A stretch of 52,967 nt of DNA from Planctomycetia bacterium (GTDB lineage: Bacteria > Planctomycetota > Planctomycetia > Pirellulales > PALSA-1355), in assembly GCA_041499515.1 (NCBI GenBank), contig JBGQKM010000002.1, positions 1 through 52,967 on the forward strand, in the 5' to 3' direction. A program made the position numbers and the translations under genes. This document shows, one piece after another, positions 38,044 through 46,750 of this stretch. Under the pieces are notes generated by a model. The model searched no databases. It worked only from the letters and a program-made list of their open reading frames with translations, and was not told the DNA's origin. Each line of letters starts with the position of its first letter. Within the stretch, counting starts at the first letter, position 1.

Positions 38044-38604
38044 ATGGGTTTGACGTATTTCAAGCGTTACCGCATGGAAATCGACCTGACCGGGCGAGTG
38101 TTCGAGGCCCAGGAGCTGCCGGTCGAATATCGACTGGTCGCCTGGGATGACTCGCTGCTGGAGGTCCATGCGGAGACCAAATACCACAGTTTCCGTGCCG
38201 AAATTGACGCCAATGTGTTCCCCTGTTTGGGTGACTGGTCGGGCTGCCATCGGTTGATGCACGAGATTCGCGGCAAGCAGGGTTTTCTGCCCGGCGCCAC
38301 GTGGCTGATGGCTTATGAGTCGAGCGAAACCGGCGAGCTGGAATACTGCGGCACGATTCAAGGGATTCGCGACTTCGCGGGACTTGGCGCGATCCAGAAT
38401 CTGGGCGTGACTCCCGAGCATCGAGGCCGTCAGCTTGGCACCAGCCTGTTGATCCAGGCGCTCGGTGGGTTTCAGAGAGCCGGCCTGCGTCGCGCCTTTT
38501 TGGAAGTCACGGCCCAGAACGACGGTGCGATTCGTCTGTATCAGCGCCTGGGCTTTACCAAGGCCCGCACGGTCTACAAAGCCGTCGAGGTTGCGTACTC
38601 CTAG
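38044..38604 (+). CDS. GNAT-family N-acetyltransferase
   Basis: IQNLGVTPEHRGRQLGTSLLIQAL is the acetyl-CoA-binding motif A (Q/R-x-x-G-x-G/A). The first ATG at 38044 was chosen; the track ORF starts at TTG 38023. Confidence 0.8.
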   Translation: MGLTYFKRYRMEIDLTGRVFEAQELPVEYRLVAWDDSLLEVHAETKYHSFRAEIDANVFPCLGDWSGCHRLMHEIRGKQGFLPGATWLMAYESSETGELEYCGTIQGIRDFAGLGAIQNLGVTPEHRGRQLGTSLLIQALGGFQRAGLRRAFLEVTAQNDGAIRLYQRLGFTKARTVYKAVEVAYS

Positions 38605-38683
38605 GCCTTGGAGTACGTTCTAGGGCTGCCTGCGGCGACCAAAATGTAAGGCGTCGCCTTCCCGTGGAACACCAGGAGCGCAC

Positions 38684-39928
38684 GTGACGGAGCCCATTCT
38701 TTCTCACACTTTCGGCAACGGCCTGGTGTTGGTGGCCGAACCGATGATGTCCCTGGAATCGGCCGCGTTCACTTTCTTGGTGCCCGCCGGTTGTTCCTTC
38801 GACCCCGACAGGCTTTCCGGCCTGGGTTCTTTTACGTGCGAAATGGGATTGCGGGGTTCGGGCAAGCGCGACAGCCGTCAATTTGTCCAGGATCTGGAAA
38901 ACCTGGGCGTCGAACGCGGCGAATCGGTTTCCAACAGCCACACGAGTTTCAGCGGCGCCACGCTGGCCAAGAACTTGTTTCCGGCACTGGAGATTTTCGC
39001 CGATCTGCTGCGACGGCCGCATTTTCCCGACGATCAGCTCGAAGCAGCCAGGCTCGTGGTGTTGCAAGAGTTGCGGGCGATCGAGGACGAGCCGGGCCAG
39101 AAAGTGATGCTCGAACTGCGCCGGCGCCAGTATCCCGAGCCGTGGGGACGCTCGAGCCACGGCGACGTCGCGGCGTTGGAGTCGATCGGACTAAAACAAG
39201 TCCGCGACTTCTTTGCGCAACACTACCATCCCAATGGCACGATTTTGGGCATCGCCGGGAACTTCGATTTTCCGCGATTGAAAGACCAGGTGGGGCAACT
39301 GTTCGACGATTGGTCGCCGCGCCAGACGCCGTTGCCCGCCACGGGCCGTTCGCTTGCTAAACGCGAACATCTGGCGCACGAGTCGAACCAGACGCAGATC
39401 GGCATCGGCTTCGACAGCCTGGCGTATCGCGATCCCGATTACTTTCAGGCCTGGGGGGCTGTCGGGGTGTTGAGCGGCGGCATGAGCTCGCGCCTGTTCA
39501 CCGAGGTCCGCGAGAAGCGCGGCCTGTGCTACACCGTCTATGCCACGATGCACACATTGCGCGATCGCGGCAGCGTGCTCTGTTACGCGGGCACCAGTTC
39601 CGAACGGGCACAGGAAACTTTGGATGTCACCCTGGCCGAGCTGGTGCGACTGGCCGAAGGCGTCCGAGCCGACGAGCTGTCGCGTTTGAAGGCCCGTATC
39701 AAGAGCGGCCTGATCATGCAGCAGGAATCGAGTTCCTCGCGCAGCAGTTCGATTGCCCGCGACTGGTATCACTTGGGCCGCGTGCGGACTTTGGACGAAT
39801 TGAGCCGCGTGATCGATGCGCTATCGTGCGAGAGCATCAACGCTTACCTTGCGGCGCATCCGCCGGGCGACTTCACGGTTGTCACGCTGGGGCCCCAGCC
39901 GCTGGAGGTGCCCGTTGGAGTTTCGTAA
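38684..39928 (+). CDS. M16 (pitrilysin/insulinase) family peptidase subunit lacking the zinc motif
   Basis: GTG start with SD AGGAG. FGNGLVLVAEP...FTFLVPAGCSFDP has the M16 N-terminal fold, but SFTCEM occupies the position of HxxEH. Confidence 0.85.
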   Translation: MTEPILSHTFGNGLVLVAEPMMSLESAAFTFLVPAGCSFDPDRLSGLGSFTCEMGLRGSGKRDSRQFVQDLENLGVERGESVSNSHTSFSGATLAKNLFPALEIFADLLRRPHFPDDQLEAARLVVLQELRAIEDEPGQKVMLELRRRQYPEPWGRSSHGDVAALESIGLKQVRDFFAQHYHPNGTILGIAGNFDFPRLKDQVGQLFDDWSPRQTPLPATGRSLAKREHLAHESNQTQIGIGFDSLAYRDPDYFQAWGAVGVLSGGMSSRLFTEVREKRGLCYTVYATMHTLRDRGSVLCYAGTSSERAQETLDVTLAELVRLAEGVRADELSRLKARIKSGLIMQQESSSSRSSSIARDWYHLGRVRTLDELSRVIDALSCESINAYLAAHPPGDFTVVTLGPQPLEVPVGVS

Positions 39929-41153
39929 GCATTCGCTGGGAAACGGACTGCAAATCGTGGCCGAGTGCAATTCCGAGGCCTATTCGACGGCGGTCGGCTT
40001 TTTCGTGCAGACCGGCGCCCGCGACGAGACGGCCGAGATCGCGGGCGTGAGCCATTTTCTCGAGCACATGATGTTCAAGGGCACGCCCACCCGCACGGCC
40101 CAGGACGTGAACCGGGAGTTCGACGAATTGGGAGCCAACTACAACGCGTTCACGAGCGAAGAACACACCGTCTATTACGCCGCGGTACTGCCGGAGTATC
40201 AAACGGGCGCCGTCGAGCTGTTGGGCGACATGATCCGGCCCTCGCTGCGTGAAGAAGACTTCAACACCGAGAAACAGGTGATCATCGAAGAAATCAAGAT
40301 GTACGAAGACCAGCCCCCGTTTGGCGCCGACGAAAAATGCAAGGCGGCCCATTTCGGCCCGCACCCGCTGAGCCACAGCGTGTTGGGCACGGTCCAAAGC
40401 ATTACGGATTTGCGCGTCGAGGTCATGCGCCAGTATTTCGAGCGCCGCTACTGCCCCGGAAACATCACGCTGGTCGGCGCGGGGCGACTCGACTTTGCCG
40501 CGCTGGTCGAAACGGCCGACCGGCTGTGCGGCCCGTGGCGGCCCATGGACGCTCGCCGCGAAGCGCTTTCCGCCCCGCCCCATCGGGGGTTTCAATGTTT
40601 GATCAAAGATACGGCCACGCTGGAGTACGTGCTGCAACTTTCCAACGGCCCGGCCGCCACCGACGTCGACCGCTATGCCGCCAAGCTGTTGGCCACGGTC
40701 CTCGGTGACGATTCGGGCAGCCGGCTGTTTTGGGGCCTGGTCGATAGCGGGCTGGCCGAGCAGGCCTCGCTCAGCCATCACGACTATCAGGGCGCCGGAG
40801 TTTTCATGACGTACATGAGCTGCGAACCGGAACAAGCCCAAGAGAACCTGCGGCGCATCGCGCAGATTTACGCTCAGGCCGAAAAAGAAGGCGTTACCGA
40901 CGCCGAGCTGGCTCAGGCCAAGAGCAAAGTCAACTCGCGGATCGTGCTGGGCAGCGAACGGCCCCGCGGCCGGCTGTTTACGGTCGGCGGCAATTGGATG
41001 CAGCGACAGGAATACCACACGGTGCAACACGAGTTACAGGCCATCGACGCGGTTTCGCCGCAGGACCTCGCGCAGGTGTTGAACCGCTATCCGCTTTCGA
41101 TCAATACGACACTGGCCATCGGCCCGGCCGCGGGGCTCAGCGCGCCGACATGA
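39915..41153 (+). CDS. M16 family zinc peptidase subunit (catalytic, HxxEH)
   Basis: Start placed at TTG 39915, preceded by GGAGGTG and overlapping the upstream stop by 14 nt. LGNGLQIVAE...GVSHFLEHMMFKGT carries the inverted zincin motif HFLEH. Confidence 0.85.
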   Translation: MEFRKHSLGNGLQIVAECNSEAYSTAVGFFVQTGARDETAEIAGVSHFLEHMMFKGTPTRTAQDVNREFDELGANYNAFTSEEHTVYYAAVLPEYQTGAVELLGDMIRPSLREEDFNTEKQVIIEEIKMYEDQPPFGADEKCKAAHFGPHPLSHSVLGTVQSITDLRVEVMRQYFERRYCPGNITLVGAGRLDFAALVETADRLCGPWRPMDARREALSAPPHRGFQCLIKDTATLEYVLQLSNGPAATDVDRYAAKLLATVLGDDSGSRLFWGLVDSGLAEQASLSHHDYQGAGVFMTYMSCEPEQAQENLRRIAQIYAQAEKEGVTDAELAQAKSKVNSRIVLGSERPRGRLFTVGGNWMQRQEYHTVQHELQAIDAVSPQDLAQVLNRYPLSINTTLAIGPAAGLSAPT

Positions 41154-41269
41154 CATCGCGCCGCGCGCGGCCCGTTGCGTCGCTCTGGGTCCGCTTGAAG
41201 GCGGATTGAGGAACCTTGTCAAATGAATTAAAATGCGTCCAGTCGTTTAAATTACCCGGAGACGATTGA

Positions 41270-41731
41270 ATGGAACGCACGTTGATCTTGCTCAAGCCCG
41301 ATTGCGTCCAGCGCCGCCTGGCGGGCCGCGTGTTGAGCCGTTTCGAGGACAAGGGGCTCAATATCGTCGCGCTGAAAATGATGCGGATCACGCCGGCGCT
41401 GGCCAAGCAACATTATGCCGAGCACGTGGAGAAGGCCTGGTACCCCACGTTGGAAAAGTTCATCACCGGGGGACCGATCGTGGCCGGCATCGTCGAAGGC
41501 CTGGAGAGTATTCGCGTGGTGCGCGAGATGCTGGGTGCGACCAGCGGGCTGAAGGCGGCCAGCGGCACGATTCGTGGCGATTTCAGTTCCAGCCGCCAAA
41601 TGAACCTGGTCCACGCCTCCGACGGCCCCGACGCCGCCCAGCGCGAGATCGGGCTGTATTTCAAGCCCGAAGAGATCTGCGATTTCGAGCCCACATTGAC
41701 GCCCTGGCTGCGAGCCGGCGACGAACACTAG
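41270..41731 (+). CDS. ndk: Nucleoside diphosphate kinase
   Basis: 153 aa. MERTLILLKPD, GPIVA and NLVHASD (active-site His). SD GGAGA upstream. Confidence 0.95.
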   Translation: MERTLILLKPDCVQRRLAGRVLSRFEDKGLNIVALKMMRITPALAKQHYAEHVEKAWYPTLEKFITGGPIVAGIVEGLESIRVVREMLGATSGLKAASGTIRGDFSSSRQMNLVHASDGPDAAQREIGLYFKPEEICDFEPTLTPWLRAGDEH

Positions 41732-41925
41732 ACCCCAGCGCATCAACGCTCGGGGCACAAAGCCGGCGCCACTTCTGCGACCGGCGCGCGAGGAAGGGAA
41801 GGGGAGCCGCACGCGAGCAGTCGGTTTTTGCCAGAGGAATCAAGAAGATCCGTTTCACCCATGACAACCCAGTCCGGTTTTGTTTGTCGAACGATCGATT
41901 GTTTTTCGCCGTGGAGGCCCCAGTG

Positions 41926-42729
41926 ATGATGCCCTCGAATCGCAACGTTTGTCGTCGCTGCGCGACAGTCTTCGCGGCCCTTGTTATCAGCCTGGCGGGC
42001 CCCGCCGCCTTTGCATTGGACGCCGCCTTTCACCATGTGCATCTTAACGCGTCCGATCCGCCGGCTGCCGCCGCGTGGTATGCCAAAAACATGGGGGGCG
42101 AAGCGACCAAGGTTGGCCCGTTCAGCGCCGTCGGATTTGGAAAGGTAAAGATCCTGTTCTTCAAGAGCAAGGAAGGCACGCCGGGCAGCGTCGGCAGCGC
42201 GGTGGACCATATCGGCTTTTCGTACAAGGACATCGACGCCAAGATGAAGGAACTGGCCGACTCGCAAGTCGAAATCGTCTCGGGGGTCGAACAGGAAGGT
42301 CCGATCAAGTATGCGTTCGTCAAAGACCCGTGGGGGACGTTGATCGAAATCGTGCAGGATCCCGAGATCGTGGGCTTTCATCATGCGCATCTGGCGACGA
42401 CCGATCCCCAGGCAACGCTGAAATGGTACACCGATGCCTTCGGAGGCGAAGTGACGCGGTTCGCCGGGCTGATTCCCGGAGTGCGCTATGGCGACGTGTG
42501 GGTGCTGGTCAAAAAAGTCGCAAAAACACCGGCGCCCACCAAGGGCCGCGCGATCGATCACCTGAGCTGGGCTTTTGCGGATCTCGATGCGGCGGCCGTG
42601 GAACTCAAAGCCAAGGGAGTCAAATTCAACAGCGGCCCTTATGCCTTCGGCAGCGGCAAGATCGCGTTCGTCGAGGATCCGCTGGGCGTGCTGATCGAAC
42701 TGGTCGGTCCGGCATCCAAAAAACCGTAG
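41926..42729 (+). CDS. Secreted tandem VOC (glyoxalase/bleomycin-resistance/dioxygenase) domain protein
   Basis: Only the 3' part of the 487-aa track ORF is used. ATG 41926 gives the signal peptide MMPSNRNVCRRCATVFAALVISLAGPAAFA. There are two repeats of FHHVHL...VDHIGF and FHHAHL...IDHLSW. Confidence 0.8.
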   Translation: MMPSNRNVCRRCATVFAALVISLAGPAAFALDAAFHHVHLNASDPPAAAAWYAKNMGGEATKVGPFSAVGFGKVKILFFKSKEGTPGSVGSAVDHIGFSYKDIDAKMKELADSQVEIVSGVEQEGPIKYAFVKDPWGTLIEIVQDPEIVGFHHAHLATTDPQATLKWYTDAFGGEVTRFAGLIPGVRYGDVWVLVKKVAKTPAPTKGRAIDHLSWAFADLDAAAVELKAKGVKFNSGPYAFGSGKIAFVEDPLGVLIELVGPASKKP

Positions 42730-42744
42730 CCAATGAATCTGAGG

Positions 42745-45700
42745 CTACTGCCAATTCAGTCCCATCTGCTCAAGCCGCTGCCTGAGCAGATCCAGATTCC
42801 AGACGCGGACTGCCGTTTCGTTGAGAGTCAAATATACCAACTTGCTCCCGGTCTCATCGAATCGAACCGCGGCGATCGGCCCGGCGGACGCGCGCAACGT
42901 CAGCAGAAGGTCGATCGTCGCTCCCTGGACGCGCCAGAGTCGGATCGTTCGATCTCGAGAGGCGCTGGCCAGCAGCCGCCCGTCACGGCTAAAAGCCGCC
43001 GACGTGACATTGTCGGCGTGAGCGTTTTCGACCAGGACCATTTTCTTGTCGCTCGGACGGAGCAGGGCCAGTGAACCCTGCTCGGTACCTGCCACGACGA
43101 GCTGGTCGTTCGGACTGATGGCCACGCACAGCACCTGTCCGGCAGTGCTGTCGAACGCCGCCGTGAGGTTTCCTGTCCGCGCATCGAGCAATTTCAACGT
43201 GCGATCACTTGAGCCAGCCGCGATCCAGGCCTCTCCAGCGGCCACGCACGAGACCTCGCTGACGCCGGCCACGACCGCGGCGATTCGGTTAGACCATTCG
43301 CTCGTGAGGTTGAATTCTGGAACGCTCCAAGAAACGACTCGGCTGGCAGGCTTCGACCCGAGTATCCCGACTTCCGCGCCAACACCTGCCCAGAGCTTCC
43401 GTCCATCCCGGGCAAAGCTGACGCACATGGGCTCGGACACTTTATGCCGCACCACCGGTTCGCTTTGGCCCATCCGCCATAAGTAGACCCGGTTGCCATC
43501 CGGGCAGCCTAAAGCCAGGTATTCCTCTTTGGGGTCGACGGCCAGCGTCGACTGCACTGTCACCCGGTTATTAAGCGACCACTCGTCGGATAGCCGCCCC
43601 GAAGCGAGATCCCAACAAGTGACAAAGCCCCGTGCCGCCTCCATTTGTTGCGTCGCACAAACGAGCTGTTGCGTCTGCTGGGTGACGTCGATCGCTCGGA
43701 TCGGATGGACCTGCTGCGCCACGGCTGTTTGTTCGCGCAAGCCGCCAATTTCGAAAAGAGCAACGCCCAGGTTTGCGACGCTGGCCAACAGCCGGCCCTG
43801 CGGCTGGAACACCGGATAGATGATCCCGGTCAAAGTCCGTTTGCTGACCAAGGTTCCCGAAGCGACGTCCCAAAGTCTCAGTGTTTTGTCGCTGGCGGCC
43901 GAAACGACCAGGTTTCCATCCGGGCTAAAATCGATGTTGTATGTGGGACCATCGTGAGCAAGTCCAAACTCCGTGTCGACAAGCTTTCTCACGACATCGC
44001 CGCTCTGGGCGCTAATCAGCCACAATTCTCGGTCGCGCTCATTGTCGAATGCGATCAATTGGCCATTGGGGCTGAAACAAACTCGTCCCTGTCCCTTAGC
44101 CGGTGCCTTCCATTTGTCGAGCGGCGCAAACGTCTGGCTATTGAGCAACGAAAGCGATGGGCTTCCGCAGGCAATCGTTTGCCCATCGGGACTCAAACTC
44201 ACGTTGATCAGGCCGTTGTCCGTTTTCCAAGTGCCGAGTGGTTTTCCATCGCCAGGAATTTGCCACGACTTGACCTCGCCGTCCTCGCAGGCCGAAATCA
44301 GTCGATTCCCGTCCCGGCTTGACAGCAGCGATTGGACGCGGGCTTTATGTGCTTGCCAGGAGTAGCGTTTGGCCGGCTTCACGGTCGTATCCCACGCGTG
44401 AATCGCGCCGAACCTGGAACCTACCAGCAGCCATTTCCCGTCGGGGCTGAAAGTGATCGCCGTGACGCCGTCCGGGTGGCCGCCTGCCAACTCCGAGGTT
44501 AGCGCGGATTGAAAACGGAAAGTCTCGATTGTTTTGCGCGTTTCCACGTCGTAGATCATTACCGAGGCGATGGCCAGAGAATGATATTGTCCGCAAGCCA
44601 ATCGGCGACCATCAGCGTCAAAGGCCAGGCAAAACGGGTTCTCCTTCCGAGCCAGATCGCCAACCGGACGCAGGTCAACGCCTGCCAGGCAAGTCGCCAC
44701 TTCCGTTCTGAGATCCGTGAGATTGCGACTTTTGGTCGCAACTTTGCTCGCCTCGGTCAACACCTCCATCCCTTCCCACGTCCAGCCCGCACGACGCAAA
44801 CTGCTCCCCTCGCGCGCCCGATTGACGAGCTCGTAATATCGGTGCGTTGCTTCGGCTTCGCGGGCCACCTTCGTTTCGCCGGCTTTTAACGCGGCTTCTT
44901 GACGGTGCCGATTCACTTGCAGGAGTGCGCCAATCGACACGATGGCAATGACCACTGCGCTGAGCAGGGCTGCCCGCGCTGCCGTACGATGGTGGCGCAT
45001 CCACCGACCAAGCCTTTCGCGAGATGATTCTCGATATGCGGTCACGGGTTCATCGGCGTTCCATTTTTCGATATCTCTGGCCAGCTCGCGCGGCGAGGCG
45101 TAGCGGCTGGCTAAATCATGGGCCATGGCTTTGAGACAAATCGCCTCGAGGTCTCGCGGAACTTTCTTGATCGCGCTGGGTCGTGGGAACTCCCCACGCT
45201 TAACAGCGTGCAGTAACTCTGCGAGATCGCCGGACGGCACATGCGCGAACGGCGATTGGCCGGTCAAGATGCAGTACAGCGTGGCGCCCAAACTACAAAC
45301 GTCGCTGGCGGGCCCCAACAGATGCAAATTGCCCGAAGCCTGCTCGGGGCTCATGTATTGGGGCGTGCCAACCGCCGAACCCATCTGCGTGGGAGTCGAC
45401 CCGGTTGTCGATGGCGGCTTGATCAACGATTCGTCGGCTCGATCGACAGGATCGGGCCGACCCATCAACCTGGCTAATCCCCAATCGACCACCAGCGTTT
45501 CGCCAAATTTGCCCAGCATGATATTGCTGGGTTTGAGATCCCGGTGCAGGACGCCGCGGCTATGGGCATATTCGATCGCGTTGCAGACATCAATGAATCG
45601 GCCCAACAAACCGCGAAATTCCAAAGCCCTCGCACCCGGTTCCGCCAAATTCCGGTCAACCTGGTGATATCGTTTGATGGCCGTCTCCAGGCTTTCTCCG

Positions 45701-46356
45701 CGAATCAACCGCATCGCGTAATAGGGCCGGCCATCGGCATAGGTGCCAAAGCCGTAGACGGGCACGATTCCAGGGTGCTCAAGCGCGCCGGTAATCTCGG
45801 CCTCGATGACAAAGCGGCTGCGACTATTCGGATCGTGGGCGTGGCGCGACTGGATTTCCTTGAGCGCCACCTCGCGATGAAGTTCTTCGTCTTCGGCCAC
45901 GAAGACTTCGCCAAGTCCGCCCTTGGCATGGGGCCGCAGGATCCGGAATCGCGGACCAGTCGACCTTGCGGCGTCGGCCGATGCGCCGGTCTCCGGCAGC
46001 CGCACGCGCGTGGCAGTCCGATCCGCCGATTGGGATTCGACCCAGGCTTGCGTCAAACCGGCCTCCAGCTCAGGATTGTTCATCTCCTGCACGATCTGGC
46101 GGATCGATTCGATCGAGCCATCGGCTAGCGGATCGTTTTCTAAAGCGACGTCGTGGCGCTGCAGATGCTCGCCCACCAGCGCTTCGAGTTGCGCGTGTTC
46201 GTCGGCCGATATTTGCTGTTGATCCCGAAGGATCTGTGCAAGCGACTGTTCCTTATCCGACACCCATTTTCGCAGGGCCACCAGCAGCTCGTCGCGATTG
46301 ATGAACTCCAACTGAAGCGCGATCATCCCGGTCAGAAGGTTTCGATCAGCGTTCAT
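42745..46356 (-). CDS. Membrane-anchored Ser/Thr protein kinase with C-terminal WD40 beta-propellers
   Basis: 1203 aa. GGLGEVFVA...VALKEI, HRDLKPSNIML, DWGLA (DFG variant) and MSPEQ. A single TM AALLSAVVIAIVSIGALL is followed by about 700 aa of WD40-like repeats (e.g. DRTIRLWRV, DKTLRLWDV). Confidence 0.9.
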   Translation of the reverse strand: MNADRNLLTGMIALQLEFINRDELLVALRKWVSDKEQSLAQILRDQQQISADEHAQLEALVGEHLQRHDVALENDPLADGSIESIRQIVQEMNNPELEAGLTQAWVESQSADRTATRVRLPETGASADAARSTGPRFRILRPHAKGGLGEVFVAEDEELHREVALKEIQSRHAHDPNSRSRFVIEAEITGALEHPGIVPVYGFGTYADGRPYYAMRLIRGESLETAIKRYHQVDRNLAEPGARALEFRGLLGRFIDVCNAIEYAHSRGVLHRDLKPSNIMLGKFGETLVVDWGLARLMGRPDPVDRADESLIKPPSTTGSTPTQMGSAVGTPQYMSPEQASGNLHLLGPASDVCSLGATLYCILTGQSPFAHVPSGDLAELLHAVKRGEFPRPSAIKKVPRDLEAICLKAMAHDLASRYASPRELARDIEKWNADEPVTAYRESSRERLGRWMRHHRTAARAALLSAVVIAIVSIGALLQVNRHRQEAALKAGETKVAREAEATHRYYELVNRAREGSSLRRAGWTWEGMEVLTEASKVATKSRNLTDLRTEVATCLAGVDLRPVGDLARKENPFCLAFDADGRRLACGQYHSLAIASVMIYDVETRKTIETFRFQSALTSELAGGHPDGVTAITFSPDGKWLLVGSRFGAIHAWDTTVKPAKRYSWQAHKARVQSLLSSRDGNRLISACEDGEVKSWQIPGDGKPLGTWKTDNGLINVSLSPDGQTIACGSPSLSLLNSQTFAPLDKWKAPAKGQGRVCFSPNGQLIAFDNERDRELWLISAQSGDVVRKLVDTEFGLAHDGPTYNIDFSPDGNLVVSAASDKTLRLWDVASGTLVSKRTLTGIIYPVFQPQGRLLASVANLGVALFEIGGLREQTAVAQQVHPIRAIDVTQQTQQLVCATQQMEAARGFVTCWDLASGRLSDEWSLNNRVTVQSTLAVDPKEEYLALGCPDGNRVYLWRMGQSEPVVRHKVSEPMCVSFARDGRKLWAGVGAEVGILGSKPASRVVSWSVPEFNLTSEWSNRIAAVVAGVSEVSCVAAGEAWIAAGSSDRTLKLLDARTGNLTAAFDSTAGQVLCVAISPNDQLVVAGTEQGSLALLRPSDKKMVLVENAHADNVTSAAFSRDGRLLASASRDRTIRLWRVQGATIDLLLTLRASAGPIAAVRFDETGSKLVYLTLNETAVRVWNLDLLRQRLEQMGLNWQ

Positions 46357-46750
46357 GGGGCCAGCTTACAAGCAAAAACCGCGCGGATATAATGTAACGA
46401 GTTGGCTTTCATGCGGGGCGATCGCACGTCCCTGAGCGCATCGCGGCCAGCGCCACCATTGCGGACAGGGCCATCAGCGCGCGTAATTTACCGCCCAGAC
46501 GCGCGCAACGCAACAAGTTCGCCGGGCTGGGTCGCTCCATACCGCGCCTCCCCGCCGCCGGGTCGCCGCCTTGATTCTTGTTTTCGTTCCACCACGGAAA
46601 TGTCGAGCCCGCTTTCAATCGGCCTATTGCGGCGGAAATCGATCTCGGGAATCCGGGGTCGACCGAAGCGGACTCAAACTTGGCAACTTCCCAGGAGCCA
46701 AGGCACTTGCAAATAGGCGCTCGCGAGTGCCCGCGTTCGAGGTGAGCTCT

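Noticed and set aside
41266-41925. 5' two-thirds of the 487-aa ORF overlapping ndk in another frame.
   Set aside because: ndk (41270-41731) is unambiguous. The overlapping frame is Arg/Pro/Gly-rich, and the real VOC protein starts with a signal peptide at 41926.
46409-46618. 69-aa minus-strand ORF between the two kinase genes, with one hydrophobic segment.
   Set aside because: It has no SD and no family resemblance, and several overlapping ORFs of similar size occur in other frames. It is kept only as a note in the intergenic finding.
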